64,000 nucleotides of DNA, from contig JBBPEB010000002.1 in assembly GCA_039096225.1 (NCBI GenBank), forward strand, positions 124,001 through 188,000, written 5' to 3'. This stretch comes from Blastocystis sp. Blastoise. Lineage: Eukaryota > Protista > Bigyra: Opalinata. Below are positions 13,496-27,474 of the stretch, piece after piece. Positions within the stretch are counted from its first letter, which is position 1. Every line of letters begins with the position of its first letter. A model generated the notes under the pieces. It saw nothing but the letters and a program-made list of their open reading frames with translations. It was not told the origin of the DNA and searched no databases. A program made the position numbers and the translations under genes.

Positions 13496-16184
13496 TCATT
13501 ACTATATATATGAGAATAGGCAAAAAAATTCCCATTGGTCAGTTTTTGGAAAAACCATTTGATTGGCTAATGTATACTATAGTTTGTCGCCGCAACTCCT
13601 CTAAACTTATGGGGAGTTAACTTTTGGTTGAAACACAGTTCAATAGGATATAAGCTGTAGTTGTGCACCGTATATTTGGTTAAGCGATATTATTTATAAT
13701 TAAAAAGATATTAATAAAAGAACAGAAAACATGATTTTTGAGTCGTTTTTGATTGGCTCTTTGGGATGACCCCGATAAAAATTGTTGACCAGACAATTGG
13801 AAAATAAACATGGGGTAAACTTGATTTTTTCTCAATCCCACAATATACGTTATCCGTGTTTATTCTTTATATTTATCTATTTTTTAATACTTTTTCATAT
13901 TGAACACGTGAGGCCTTAACGGTCAAATTTAGATTCTCAATTTGACATGATATTCTGATTCAGGAGGTCAAAAAACCTAGGTGTAGCGATTTTCAGCTCC
14001 TAAGGACGATTTTTGAGTGATCGATATTTTCATCGATCTTCTTATAATTGACTAATATTGTATCATAGTAATCAATAGGTCCTCAAACTACTATAGTTAA
14101 AACAAAGTCTTAAAATAACGAGTTTAAAAGTGACAATTTTGAAAAATGTGAATTAAGTGGTCTTAGAGTGAGAGATTCAATATAATGACTTTTATTTAAT
14201 AAACTAGAGGTAATACTCTATACTATGTCAAAAGGAGATTAAAAATTATGAAGGTCAAAGTGTATGACCAAATGACAAAATGTGTCTTAAAAAGTAAAAG
14301 GGTTTCTATATGTGTTCAAAATATTGAATCACGTCTATTCTTTGAATAAGAGCTTTAAATAAATAGTTTAAGGTTGTCAAATTCAAAAGAATGTGTAAAA
14401 CATAGTCTTAAACTTTGAATAAAAAATTTATAGATATTAATTAGTGTACAGCTGTAGTAGCTCTACAACATATCAAAAGTTCAAAGAAAATAATTTTTAG
14501 AGAGTGGATGTGTGAGGTGTTGTGACTATTATTTAAAATTTATTTTTACTTCAGTTTGAGCAAAATCGTGAATTTCGTGCACTGTAGAAAAATTGAGTCA
14601 GAAGGTCAACTCTAAGGGTCTTAAATTTAAAAAAATGTAAAAATGACTAACTTAGAGGACGAGATTCAAAATAAGAGTGTTTAGTCATTAAACTAGACTG
14701 TATGACCTATATTATGTTAAAAGGAGGGACAAAAATATTTTGATCAAAGTGTATGAGCAAATGGTAAAGTGTCCTTAAAAAGTCTAAAGTGTTGACTAAT
14801 GTGCTTATAGAGTCATATAAAGTCTACTATGTAAATATTAGCTTTTAAAAATATGTTTAAGCCTTTCAATTAGTAAAAATATGTTCAAAGAGACTCATAA
14901 AATGAGAGTTTTAAGAAACGAGATATTGTTCAGTATACACTAAGAGACACTCTACAACATATCAAAAATATAGCAAAATCTATTTTTAGAGACTGCATGT
15001 GTAAAGGGTTGTGAGAGTTATCGAATAAATATTTTTCACTCAGTTTGTGCAAAATCGTGTTTTTGGAACACTGTAGAAAAATTAACTTCAAAAATCAACT
15101 CTAAGGGTCTTAATTTTTAAAAATGTGAAAATGTTTGACTTAGAGGACGAGATTCAAAATTCCCCCTCACTTTCATATAATTAGACCACACACTCTATAT
15201 TATGTCAAAAGAAGGGACGAAAATATTTTGGTCGAAGTAAATGAGCAAATGCAAAAGGTTTATAAAATGTTTTAAAGTGATGACCAATGTGTAGCTATGG
15301 TATTATTAAGTATAGTGTGTAAATATTAGCATTTAAAAATGAGTTTAAGTGTGTCAACTTTTCATAATGTGTCAAAAAGGGTCTTTAAGACAGAGATTCA
15401 AAACATTTACTTTTATTTAATAAATAGTATGATAAACTCTATACTATATCAAAAGACTGACGGAAACTGTTTTGATACAGTGGATCTTGAATGTGTAAAG
15501 TCTCTTTAAAAGTTACTATTTTGAGTTATTTATAATTAAAATCATTATTTGAGACGAATATAAAAATATTAACTTTTTAAATAATGTTTTAGTTGTCAAA
15601 GTGAAAATGAATGTTGACTTTGTTATACTTAAAACTTCAAAATTCTTTTAAGAAGTATTAAAATGAGTTAAAATTATTTTATTACGTTTATTTAAATGAA
15701 TTTTATGAATTAAAAATACTTTACACTACTTCACATTGGTACTCATTTCTAAAGTTATTGACTTTAAAAACTCAAAGAATGTTTTAAACAGTTGTTTAAT
15801 TATTACTAAATACAAAATATATTTTAAAAATAAATTGTTGTGAAAAAATTGACTTAGAAAGTGATTTTAATTAAAAAATAATTTTTTCTCTTTTTTAATT
15901 TCTTATTTAAAAAGTCTAAAATAATCTTATATCAGGAATTGAACCTGATTACAATCATAAAATAATTGTAACTCTCCATATAGAGTATAAGAAATTAATA
16001 TTTAATAAATAATAAATAATATATATAATATATAATATATAATATATAATATATAATAAATGACTCATATTAAAAACTATATATATATAATATATAAGAT
16101 AAAAGATAATAAATATTTTTTATATACTCTTTATGCAGCCGCGGTCCGGGGCCGTTAGGCACTGGACCTGCGGCGTGACCCTAG
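13496..16184 (+). mobile_element. Non-autonomous Helitron family D, copy 1 (internal ~490-bp tandem units)
   Basis: A|TCATTACTATATATATGAG start; GC-rich hairpin ccgcggtcc...ggacctgcgg then CTAG|T. Confidence 0.9.
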
Positions 16185-16229
16185 TTATACATATGTATAT
16201 ATATATAATATAATACTATAATATATATA

Positions 16230-19170
16230 TCTTATATATAAAGGCAATAGAAGTTGGATATTTGTGTCCCAAGTTCACGGACCGTTTATTCTATGATGGT
16301 TAAGGCTATGATAATATCCTTTTAGTATGTTATATATTATGTTCCAAATTTTATTTTAGTTTTTTTAATTTTTCAGAAATTCCATATCTAAGGCCTCAAA
16401 ATAGTCCGAGAAGTTTTGCCGACCGTTAGCAAGTTGGCCGTCCTATGAAATCGATTAAAAATTTTTGAAAACTCATTCTTATTGGATAAAAAGAACACAA
16501 ATATCTTTGTCTATTTTCGCGCCAAAAATTTATTGACATGGTCAAAGTTTATACTTCTAATCATTTTGTCTTCATTTTTTCAAAAAAAATTCAATTATAT
16601 TTCTTTTTCTTTTGCAAAACTTTATTTTGTAAATTTGTTATCCATTTTTTTTTTATCTTTTATTTTAAAAATTTCTTTTTCTTTTTTAATTTCTTCTTTT
16701 TATATATTTTATTTATTTTTTTATATTTATTATTTATAAATTTATTTTTTAATTTATAACATTTTTCGCCACACATAAAAACAACTTTTAAAATAGAAGA
16801 AACAATTTAGACAAATAATCAGTTATCAAAGTGACTTAATAGACTTAACTTTAACCTATATGCATAAAATAACCTAAATAATGATAATGTATGAAGCTTT
16901 GAAAAAATTTGATCCACAAAGTTTTGAGATATCGGACACATTCTCTTTTGACCCTTTTAAAATTTAATGAAAACTATCTGGATCATCATGATAACTCATG
17001 AAACCATGCTAAAAGTCATTAAAACCTGTTTTTAGCATGTTGAAAAATTAACAAAAAAATTCAATTGCGTGTTCTGTCAACATTTTTTATTTTATTAATT
17101 ATTAAACGTTACAGGGTTTATTTTAGATGTTTATATTTATGAATTATTTGAACACATTTTTAAAATAAAAAGGTAGAAGAGATATCGAAATCATTTTACT
17201 CTTAATAAAAATTTTTATACTTAATATTTGTAGTTTAGATAAAATTCGCCACTCATTGAACCCATCAGGTTTCTTTAAAGACAAGAATGAGTGGATATCT
17301 GTTTGGTTGACCCTCATAAAATCAATTTATGACTACATTTATGAATACAGTGACCTATATTATACACAAATCTGTCATTATTGCATATTTATGACAACAA
17401 AGTTGGTGTATCGGCAGATTTCGACCTCTTTAATTTCGAGTTTTGACTTCATATTTGGTGTAAGGATGCCTTATATGTTACATTATGATATTTCATATCT
17501 TTAAATGCTTTTTAAAAAAGGTTAAAAAAGTTAATTGCGACTTTGTACCAAGAAAAGTCGTCCTAACACACTTTTTAAAAGTCATATTAATAGTTATTAT
17601 AATATTACATACATATATAAAGTCAAAATATAAAATATCGTTGAATCTCGGGGTCAAAAATGAAAAAGAAATTTTGATATTTTTCAAAAATTTAATTTTT
17701 ATTGTTTTAACTAAGGTCAATGTCAACCATCATTTTTCTATCAATAAAGTCAATATTTATATAATATATAATATGTTTTATTCTAATTATAAATTTGTAA
17801 AAATTAGTTTTTAAAAATAAAAATTGACTGAGAAATAAAATTTCAAAGTGGCACGTCTCTCAAAAAAAGAATAATTTCTTAATACTGTTTATTGATTATT
17901 GTATCCCTATAAACACTATTAATTGACTGAAAAATTATTCTATAACTACAAGGATTATATATATTTATTTATATTAATGAAAAATTATATTAGTCAAACT
18001 AAAAATTATTTTTAGTATATATCATATATAAGTATGACATATATTTTCATATCATAAGAATTCATTTTAAAAAATCAATAATTATTTTTTTATTTATACT
18101 TTTGTGTTCTTTTAAAAGTAGCTTTATATATAAATATGGAATAACTTAATCATTTAATTTATAAATTTTTAAAATATAAGCAAACATAATTTTGGTTCCA
18201 TTACTTTTAGACATATTTATTATGAAATGGATTCTTTATGAATATAAAAACAAAATTATCTATTATTAAAAAAGAAAATATGAATACAAATTCTTATTCA
18301 TAAACTATCATGCATTTTTATTATATATAGATAAGTAGATATTAGTGATATGAAATAGTAGTAGTTAAACTTTTGAATTTTTAAAATTTTAATTCTTTTT
18401 TTTTCTATAAAATACAACGCGTTGTTTTTTATAGGAAAAAAAAAAGAATTAAAATTTTAAAAATTCAAAAGTTTAACTACTACTATTTCATATCACGAAA
18501 CATATATATTCATTTAAAAAACTATATAATCTAAATAAGATCTATTTAGATAGAATATATGCATGATACCATAAAATCAATTTGATAAATGAATAAATAG
18601 AGTAAAGAATATATATAAACATTTTGATTTAGTCACTGATAGCATAAAATTATAAAATTATTTTTTTTATATAAAACGAATAAAATAAAAATATGTATTA
18701 ATAAATAAACATTCCAGAATGAATAATTTAAGCAGAATAACTTGAAATAATAAATAGAATTATTGTTTATTTTCATATCATAATAGCTTTCATAGATAAA
18801 TGTAACTTATATTAAGAAACTATTATGATATGTGTCATTAATGAAACTATTATAAACTATAAACTACTTTAAAAAGTATTTTTATGTATCTATATGATAG
18901 TATACATTTAAAAAAATATTTATATAAATTATAAAGCTCCAGTGTCTTCCCTGTCACTGGACGAAATTGCCACGTGGCAATTGTCACCAAAATTTGTGAC
19001 AAAATATTTATTTTTGACAGTGTAATTTTATATTTTTATGACTAAGTCAATTTAAGTCTGGCTGAAAGTGACAGTCAGCTATTGTCATGGCAATTGTCAC
19101 AAAAGTCAGGGAAGACATTGTAAAGCTCTAAAGGTTACGAAGCATCGGCGAAGCCGATGCCACCCGCTAG
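16230..19170 (+). mobile_element. Helitron family A, copy 2
   Basis: Same TC start and hairpin-CTAG end as A1. Confidence 0.9.
18940..19120. mobile_element. hAT-type MITE, 181 bp, 8-bp TSD TAAAGCTC
   Basis: TIRs cagtgtcttccctg / cagggaagacattg; empty site in A1; same insertion in A3. Confidence 0.92.
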
Positions 19171-20299
19171 TTTATTTTAATTTACATAGTTTTATCATGT
19201 ATATATAGGATAGGAAAGATGTTCCACATATTTACATATTATAGATATTATAATGATTAGTTTCATACTTTATATATATTATCTTGCTATTTATTTTTTA
19301 TTATGTTATATTTAATTGTATAGTATTCCTTTTGTTTTATAATTTTTTAGGAATGAAATTAGTGCAGAGAATTCTTATCGAATAGCAGAGAAATGCAATA
19401 CAAATTATTCAACATTACATTTCTATTAGATTACATTCTTTAATATGTTTATGGAAACTTATAGACCTTTCAAACATTTTCAATTTACTTATACATTTAT
19501 AAAATCAATAATTCGTTAAAATAAGATATGTTTTAAACAATAGTTTGTGTATTGTGAATTTTATCTTTATAAATAACTATACTAAATATATATTTTGATT
19601 CTCTATGGCCTTCATATTATAGATCAAATACTGTTCTATCAATATGTCTCACAAGAATGTTTAATTGTAAATAAGGTTTTTAAAATAACAAGTTTTTTGC
19701 TCTTTCTAAGTCTAAAAGCGTGTTTGCAATGAAATGATTTAGCTTAATACAAACATGATCATTTATAAATCAATTTTATAATCAAACAGACATTTTAGTA
19801 AAAAAGAGTAGAATTCTAGAATGTTAATACACCCCCTGAAAACAAAGAATTTTATATAGACATTTTCTATGAAAAAAAGATTTTATTTAAGGGCTTGGTT
19901 GTGTTTTTTAAAAAGCAGATGTTTAACATAATTATTTTTTTTTGCTTATTTGAAACTATTTTTTATATAAAGTACCTGAAACAGACTGACCTCCTGCACC
20001 AAAGTGACACTTTTTCTGAAAAACGTAATTCTCATGGGAATTTATTTTATTACAGTTAAAAATATAAAAAAACATGGAAATCAGTTTTTTTTTTAATTGT
20101 TAAACAAAACAATATGTGATAACAAATATATATAATAAATAAAAGAAATTATAATAAAAAAATGAAAAAAATATATAGAAATTATAATAATTAGCATGAA
20201 TATTAGTAGTATAGTATAAATTAGAAATTAATAAATTAAAAAATAAATATATATATAATTATTAAGAAGAATATATTATAAAGCATCATCAATTTAAGA

Positions 20300-20500
20300 G
20301 GAAACACTGATTTCATCATTATTAACAGGTCTAGAAGTATATGTTAATATTCTATTAGATATTCTTGATGATCTATTATTTTGTTTTCTCTAGAACAATC
20401 TTCAAAGTCATGAATAAACTCTTTTTCAGTATCAATAAGTAGTTTTGAAGCATCCCAAGCACTCATAATGCTTCTCCTACTAGCGATTGTCAGACTTTTG
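20300..20500 (-). pseudogene. C-terminal relic of a pogo-like transposase
   Basis: SRRSIMSAWDASKLLIDTEKEFIHDFE aligns by eye with TRSNIKQAWIRSRLLTEAEDEFVNRFE of the 11437 ORF. Confidence 0.6.
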
Positions 20501-21409
20501 CATGATTCTTTTGGGGTTTTTTTTGTATTTTTTTTTTGATTATTTGGGATTATTTTGTAATGACCACAAATTTTGCGTTTTTATATATATATGACTATTC
20601 AATTAAAAATATAAATGGCTAGTTTTTCCAAAATCAGGGGTGGCCCTTCCTTAAGAGAATAGATTAAAAGTAAGTTTATGTTCCGATTTTAATATGTATT
20701 CACAATTAGGCAAGAAAACTTGCGGTTTTATTATAATGTTACAACTCAACATTGGTAAATGATGTATAAAAACGGATAAAAAGGTATATATATGAAAATA
20801 GATAAATACATATTTACTTTTATTTTATTATTCTCTCATACTAGTTCTTCACTACTTCCAGCTGACACATGTCTCTGAACTGGATACTTTTGCTTATCAT
20901 TTATGAGGTTATAATTTAGTTTTAGAAATAGATGTTTTTGAATTTTTTCAAATGAAAGATTTGCGCGCTGAGTCTTTTCCAGTTCATTTAGGTAACTGAA
21001 GAGTTTTTCTACATAACAGTTTGAAAGTTTAATTGAAGCATACTGTTGCCCAATGATTTGAAATTTCTTTTGGTTTTCTGGTATTTCGAGGATGAAACTT
21101 TCTACTTCGTTCTTTGAAAGTTAAATATTATCTAAATCTTTATTTATAATATATTCTGATTTACATTTTACATAATAATTATATATTTCTTTTATATCAT
21201 CCATTAAAAGGCTATTTCTATATATAGGAAAACTCAATATGTACTCTATAAACGATTCGCAACTATTTAAGGGGATATGTAAATAGTCAAACACAACAAT
21301 TCTCTTATAGAATTCGTAAAGACTCTTATCTTCATTGAAATACTTCTTCATTTTGATAATACTGGAGTTTATATCTAAAGTATATATTATTTTATATATA
21401 TATATTATA

Positions 21410-21457
<48 letters not shown>

Positions 21458-22127
21458 GATGTATACTCTCTTTTAGTTTTTTCACTAATCTATTTACTTC
21501 CATGACCCCAAGGTTACTAACATTATCTGATACTATTATATCAATTTGATTATATGATTTATCCAGTTTATTTGAAAACCTGTTCATAATATAGAAACCA
21601 TTAACTGATGATATAGTATTTTCACAAATGGCGTTAGTAAACAGAACGAAGTCCTCACTTACTTCTTTTTTAGCGTCTAGTTCTACTTTTAACTGTATAT
21701 AATTATCATCATTCTCACATGTTGATATAATATCTTTTCCATATTCTGATTTAATTATTTCTTTCTTATTATCAATCATATATGCTCTTATAATATCTAA
21801 ATATTTTATATAGAAAAGAAGACACTCAAAATATGATTGCCATCTTGTAGAAGAGTATCTAGGAATAGTAGCTGCTAGTGAGTCATGTTGCTTTATAAAC
21901 AAATGGAGTTTCCCTCTTTTTATCTCTGCTTTGCTGAAATATTTATTTATGTTTGAAGAGAACTTATTAGCGTATATAGTTTTATCTCTTAGTTCTCTAC
22001 ATACTATATCTAGAATATGGCAAATACAAGGTACACGTTCATGATTATAGAAGTATCCAAGTTGCTCGTTACAGTATCTTATCATGGTACTATCATTATC
22101 TGTATGTATATATAAATATTTTCATTA

Positions 22128-25100
22128 TCTATATTATTAATATCCTTAATTTAGCAGCCCAAAAGTACGGTGTCTCACACACTTTCACCTTTATTGACTT
22201 TGTTATTAACTTTTATAAAATAAAAATAACATCATAAAAACCGGAACACAATTCTGAAAATGACTGTTAAAGAAATTTTTCGAAAACTCTAAATTTCTGG
22301 CTAAAAAACGCAAAAAACCATTTTCGCACAAAATTTTAACCAAAATTATTGGATTATTTTTATTTTAGCCAATATTCTTCATTTTTATAAAAACACTTAT
22401 TTTTCCATTTTCATTTTTTATTGTTTTCTTATTTTTGCTATATCACTTCACATACTCTATATTTATTTTTATAAAATTGACTTTTATTGACGGGTTGGTC
22501 TTATAAATAGTTTTGACGGGTAAATTTGTTTATATTAAGAACTTGACAACATATCAATACACACATCACTAACTTTAAACTCTAAAATGGTTTCAGTTGT
22601 CATGATAATGACCTCAACTACTCTGTAACAACAATAATTCCTTTAAATAACAACAAAAGACAAACTGATATCCAACACATTTCTTCTTTATAAACTTATT
22701 TGAGTTTATTTAAGTTATTTAGAATCAATACATGTCATTAGTATGTCTTTTAGTTGTTTAAAATGTTTTAATAAGAAAATATTTGATAATAGAAATTTTG
22801 ATGTTTTGATAGTATAGTTTGTTATTCGTCTTTCTTCTTGAGTTTTGGGTATTTTTTAAAAATAAAAGCATAATCATAATTAGGATAAGCTATTGCAGAT
22901 ACATATTTTTTATTTTATCTAAATATTTAATATTGACTGAGAAACATTCATTTATATGAAAAACATAAAAATGAAAATTTTCAAAAAAGGGTATAGTTTG
23001 TTATTGTGATTTCTCAATCAATTCTTGATAAAATAAAAAAGTTAAAACATATTTAGAAACTAGACATGTCATAGCAGATACATGTTTTTTATTTTTTTAA
23101 TTAATAAAAAACTCAGGTCACAAGAGTCAATAGTTGAACTCAATAAATAAATGACTTTTGAAATTTTTGTCAAAAATTTTTCATTTGTTTTTTGTTAATA
23201 TTCTCATCAATAATTAATATATTTGACATTTGACACTATATTGAATCACTACATATCAAAATAAACATATTTTACAATTTTATTTTGTTTTTAAAAGACT
23301 TTGACAACAGATCACCAGACAATGTTAACTTAATAAACTCTTAAAACGTTTTAATTAGTGCTGAGAATCACGCATGGACACTATATGTCACTTTTTTACA
23401 AAAGTTAAGACAACATGTTAGACTGATACTGACAATGTTTGTCTTAAGAAGTCAGTTATGAGTCATTATGAGTTGTAAATGTTATAAATAGTGTTTTAAT
23501 AAATAAATATGCTCTTATTAGTCTTTAATTAGTGAAATAAATCGTTTAAAAGAAGAAAACATTTTTGACACTATAGTTTATTTTGACAATTTTTCCATCA
23601 ATATTAATTTTTAAAAAATAAATAAAACCTATTTATAAACTAGACAACCTATAGTTTATAAATTTATAAAAATATTATCAAAATATAAAATAACTTTTGA
23701 GATAAAAAATTATATATGCAAAACATAAAAAAATTAATTTTTGAAAAAAGGGTATACTTTATAACATTAATTTCTCAGTCAATATTTAATTATTTTATAT
23801 AATTATAACAAATAAATATAGAGAATAAAACATATTAATTATATTATTTTTAATATTTAAAATTAATTAAGAAATGAGTTTAGTAGAGTCAATAGTATAA
23901 CATGTTAAAAAACTGAAAATTGAAAAATCATTTTTCTAAAAATTTTCTGAAAGTTGACAAATCAAATTCATATTTGACAATTAATTTTTACATTTTTGAA
24001 AAATAGAGTATGTATCTATTACATATGTAAAAAGAATGGTCAAAAATAAGTTAGACGAGTGTATGAGTATATGCACATGTTGACTCATAATTTTGAAAAA
24101 AGTAGTTAAATATGTCCTAAACCACATATCAAAGCAATTCTATAAATATTATCACTTTATAATGAGTTTAAAGGATAAAATAATTTTGAATTGTCTGTTT
24201 GACTGTCTTAAGTGAAGAGATTCAATACACTTTTTATAAAAATGAGTATTAGAGTGTTTAATGTTTATAATAATAAAAGAATTGTTTGAAATAAAGGTGG
24301 TTGTGTGTTTGACCAAAATGTTAAAATGAGTCTATTTTTTAAAAATGGTTGTAATAAGTATGTATAGAGTGTTTTTAGAGTGTTTCATATTAAAATCTAC
24401 AATAAATAAACATTTTAAGTTGTTCAAAAAATTATTTTTTTAGAATTACAATAGTTAAGTCAAGAGATTCAAGTCACTTTTTATAATAATAATAAATAGA
24501 CTTATTATAGAATATAAAATATTAAAAATTAGTTTAATTAAACATGGTTGACTGTTTGATAGGAGTGTTAAAATGGGTAAAAAGATTTTAATTGTTTCTA
24601 AAACTGTATAATACGTTTTTATGTCACTAAATACAAAATTATTATTGTTTAAAGAATGTTTTTTGTCTTTCAAAAGAACTCATTCTTTGTAATTGTGACT
24701 TTAAACAAAAGAGATTCAAGTTATTTTTTACAAATTAAAATAACAAATTCAATACATGTGTATATTAGCATAAAATTAGTTAAAATAAAAGTGAGTATAT
24801 GTATTTAAAAACGTTCAGTCTTTTAGAGTTTTTTTATGATAACTTATTTGTTTTAGAAGCTATATTGTATGTACAATAATAAAAGTTTCCAAAGTATTTA
24901 AATCTATTTAGTTATGAAATGAAATGTAATTTTTGTTTTATATTTTAGTTTTTATTTCTTATTTCTAGAATGATTTTGATAACACTATAAAAATTGAATT
25001 AAATTTGAATTAATTAATTTTAAATAATGAAAAGATAATTTCTCTATAAATATTCTCTTTTACTTAAAACGAATAGATTCTATTAATGATAAATATTAAA

Positions 25101-26184
25101 ATAAGACTCTAATTTTTTTGTTTATTATATAAAGTAATAAATATCTTTTAATTATTAAGAGTACTTTTGTATTAATAATTCAAACTAAAATAAGTATAAT
25201 AAAAGAAAAATTATAATATTTATCAAATAATATCAAGATATGATTACTATTTATATAATTAAACATTTATTAATTGAGAAAAGCTGTATAATAAAATTTC
25301 TAAAATATTTATATAATAGTATATATAAAAGGAAAGGATAAAATATAAAAAAACAAATAGATATCAAAATTATAATATTTTAAAAATAAAACAAAACAAT
25401 ATATGAAAAGAATAAAAAAGAATATATAATATTTTTTTAGACAAGAGAATAAGCTATTTCTCACAATAATAATTATATAGACTAATTCAAATAAAACATA
25501 AATATTTAAAGGTAGGGTATAAGTGATAATAATATGTTTTAAAAGAAAAAGTATTTTATAATCATATTGATATTATTTAAAATACTAAATATTTATAAAA
25601 CTAAATGAATTGATAAAATACATAGAAAGTTATAAATGAAATAACAAAGAAAAGTGAATTAATATTGAAAACTAAAAACTAAATAGAAATAGAAATAGAA
25701 ATAGAAATAGAAATAGAAATAGAAATAGAAATAGAAATAGAAATAGAAATAGAAATAGAAATAGAAATAGAAATAGAAATAAGATCAAAAATAAAACACA
25801 AGAGTTAATTAATTATCATTGATAAACAATAAATATATATAGTCAATAATAAAAATGGCTAAAAAGAATATTAAAAAAAAAAAGGAAATAATACTCAAGA
25901 ACATATAGAATGTTAAGTAAGAATTATCAATATGTATGAATTAAATTATTTAAAATACTAAATTGAAAATTAAGATTAGAAGATAACAATTAAAAGCAAT
26001 TGAAATAATATTTTATAAAATATGAAATAGTTTTAATCCTAAAAAAAAATAAAAACAGAAATGAATAACAAAAACATAAGAATAAATATTCATTTTTTAA
26101 AATTCAATGTAAGATATAACAATTGAGAGATAATAATTATCTAAACTCAAGCGTAGGCTGGCGTAGCCAGTCGTGAAACGCTTG
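22128..26184 (+). mobile_element. Non-autonomous Helitron family C, copy 1
   Basis: A|TCTATATTATTAAT start; hairpin ggctggc-gta-gccagtc then CTTG|T; clean A|T insertion without TSD. Confidence 0.88.
25681..25780. repeat. (AAATAG)n array inside Helitron C
   Basis: Direct reading; variant array at about 38058-38240. Confidence 0.9.
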
Positions 26185-27474
26185 TATTCTTTAAAACATT
26201 TTGTAATTATTTTTTGATAATCTATATGAGTAAAGCCACTCATTTCATATACACCTAGAAGGAACACATTCTTTGAATCAAGAGGCTTTACAAGGATGCC
26301 AAATACTTCTCTTCCTCCTTCATCAGTGGTACCATCAATAAACATCTCAATTTTTCTATTAAAAAGTATTATTTTTAGCTTTTCTTTTTCTATATTATAT
26401 AGTTTAGGAATAGTAGTATTGGATAGTGTTCTTAATGTAGGGATATCATTACAATTGATTATATGTCTAACAGCGAAATATTTATATTCCTCTGAATCTA
26501 GGAATCATAAAGGACTATATATTTATATAAGAAGTATAGCCATATCTTCACCAATATTTGTATTTTTACATTTATTTTTTATTTCATTATTTTCTTTTTT
26601 TCTAGTTTCAAAATGTTGCCTATTTATTATATGTTTTTTTGTTTTAGATGAGAGATTATGTTTGAAGAATTATTGTATAGATATGATTGTTTACAGCACT
26701 CACAAAGGATCTTATTATCAACTGGCTTTAAGCAGCATCTATCTTGGTGAAAACGGTTTTCTGGATCATCAAAAGTCTGTAATCACCTTTCAAGCGTCAT
26801 CTTATTGTTATGTCTTTGATTTATAGAAGTTTTCCTTTCTTTATTTTTTTCTCTAATTGCTTCTGACATTTTCATTACGGTTTCCTAAATATGAATATTA
26901 CTATTATTTTCTTCCACGAGTTGTTGCGTCTCCTGTTGGTTATTCTGCTGCTATTCATCATTTATATTATTATCTTTTTCACCATTAATGTTCTGATTTG
27001 TCGATGTTTTTCTTGTATTGTTTTCAGAAATGTTTTTCTTCTGTTTTCGATGTATTATATTAATTTTTTCTGTGTTTCTGTTGCATTCCATTCTTTTCTT
27101 TTTGGATGCTATAATTAATTATGTTAAGTTTAAAAAATTTAAGTGTAAAAATAGTATACATTGTTTTTGTTGTTTATTCATAATAAAAAATCTTATTTAA
27201 AAGTTTAATTCGTTATAAAAATGGTAAAAGAAAAATAAGTTAAAATTATTTCTTAAATCTAAATAGATATGGCTATTTTTCTTTATTATTCATGAAATAT
27301 TCCGTCTAATAATGGGTTTTTTATTTCAAGATAATTTTGGCTTTTTTTTGCATAATATTATAGAAAACTAGAAACGTTGTATCTTCATAAAAACTGTGAA
27401 TACCAAATATTTTTTTATAAAAATACCATATTTAGTACTTCATATATACATAACTGCTATTAATATATTAGAAT

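Larger units (their letters stand above)
20830..27110 (-). pseudogene. hAT transposase split by Helitron C1, with stops and frameshifts
   Basis: FIDGTTD (26345), HTDND, PCICHILD, STRWQS and dimerisation-like SNCYVEKLFS; frame nearly rejoins across 22127/26185. Confidence 0.8.
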
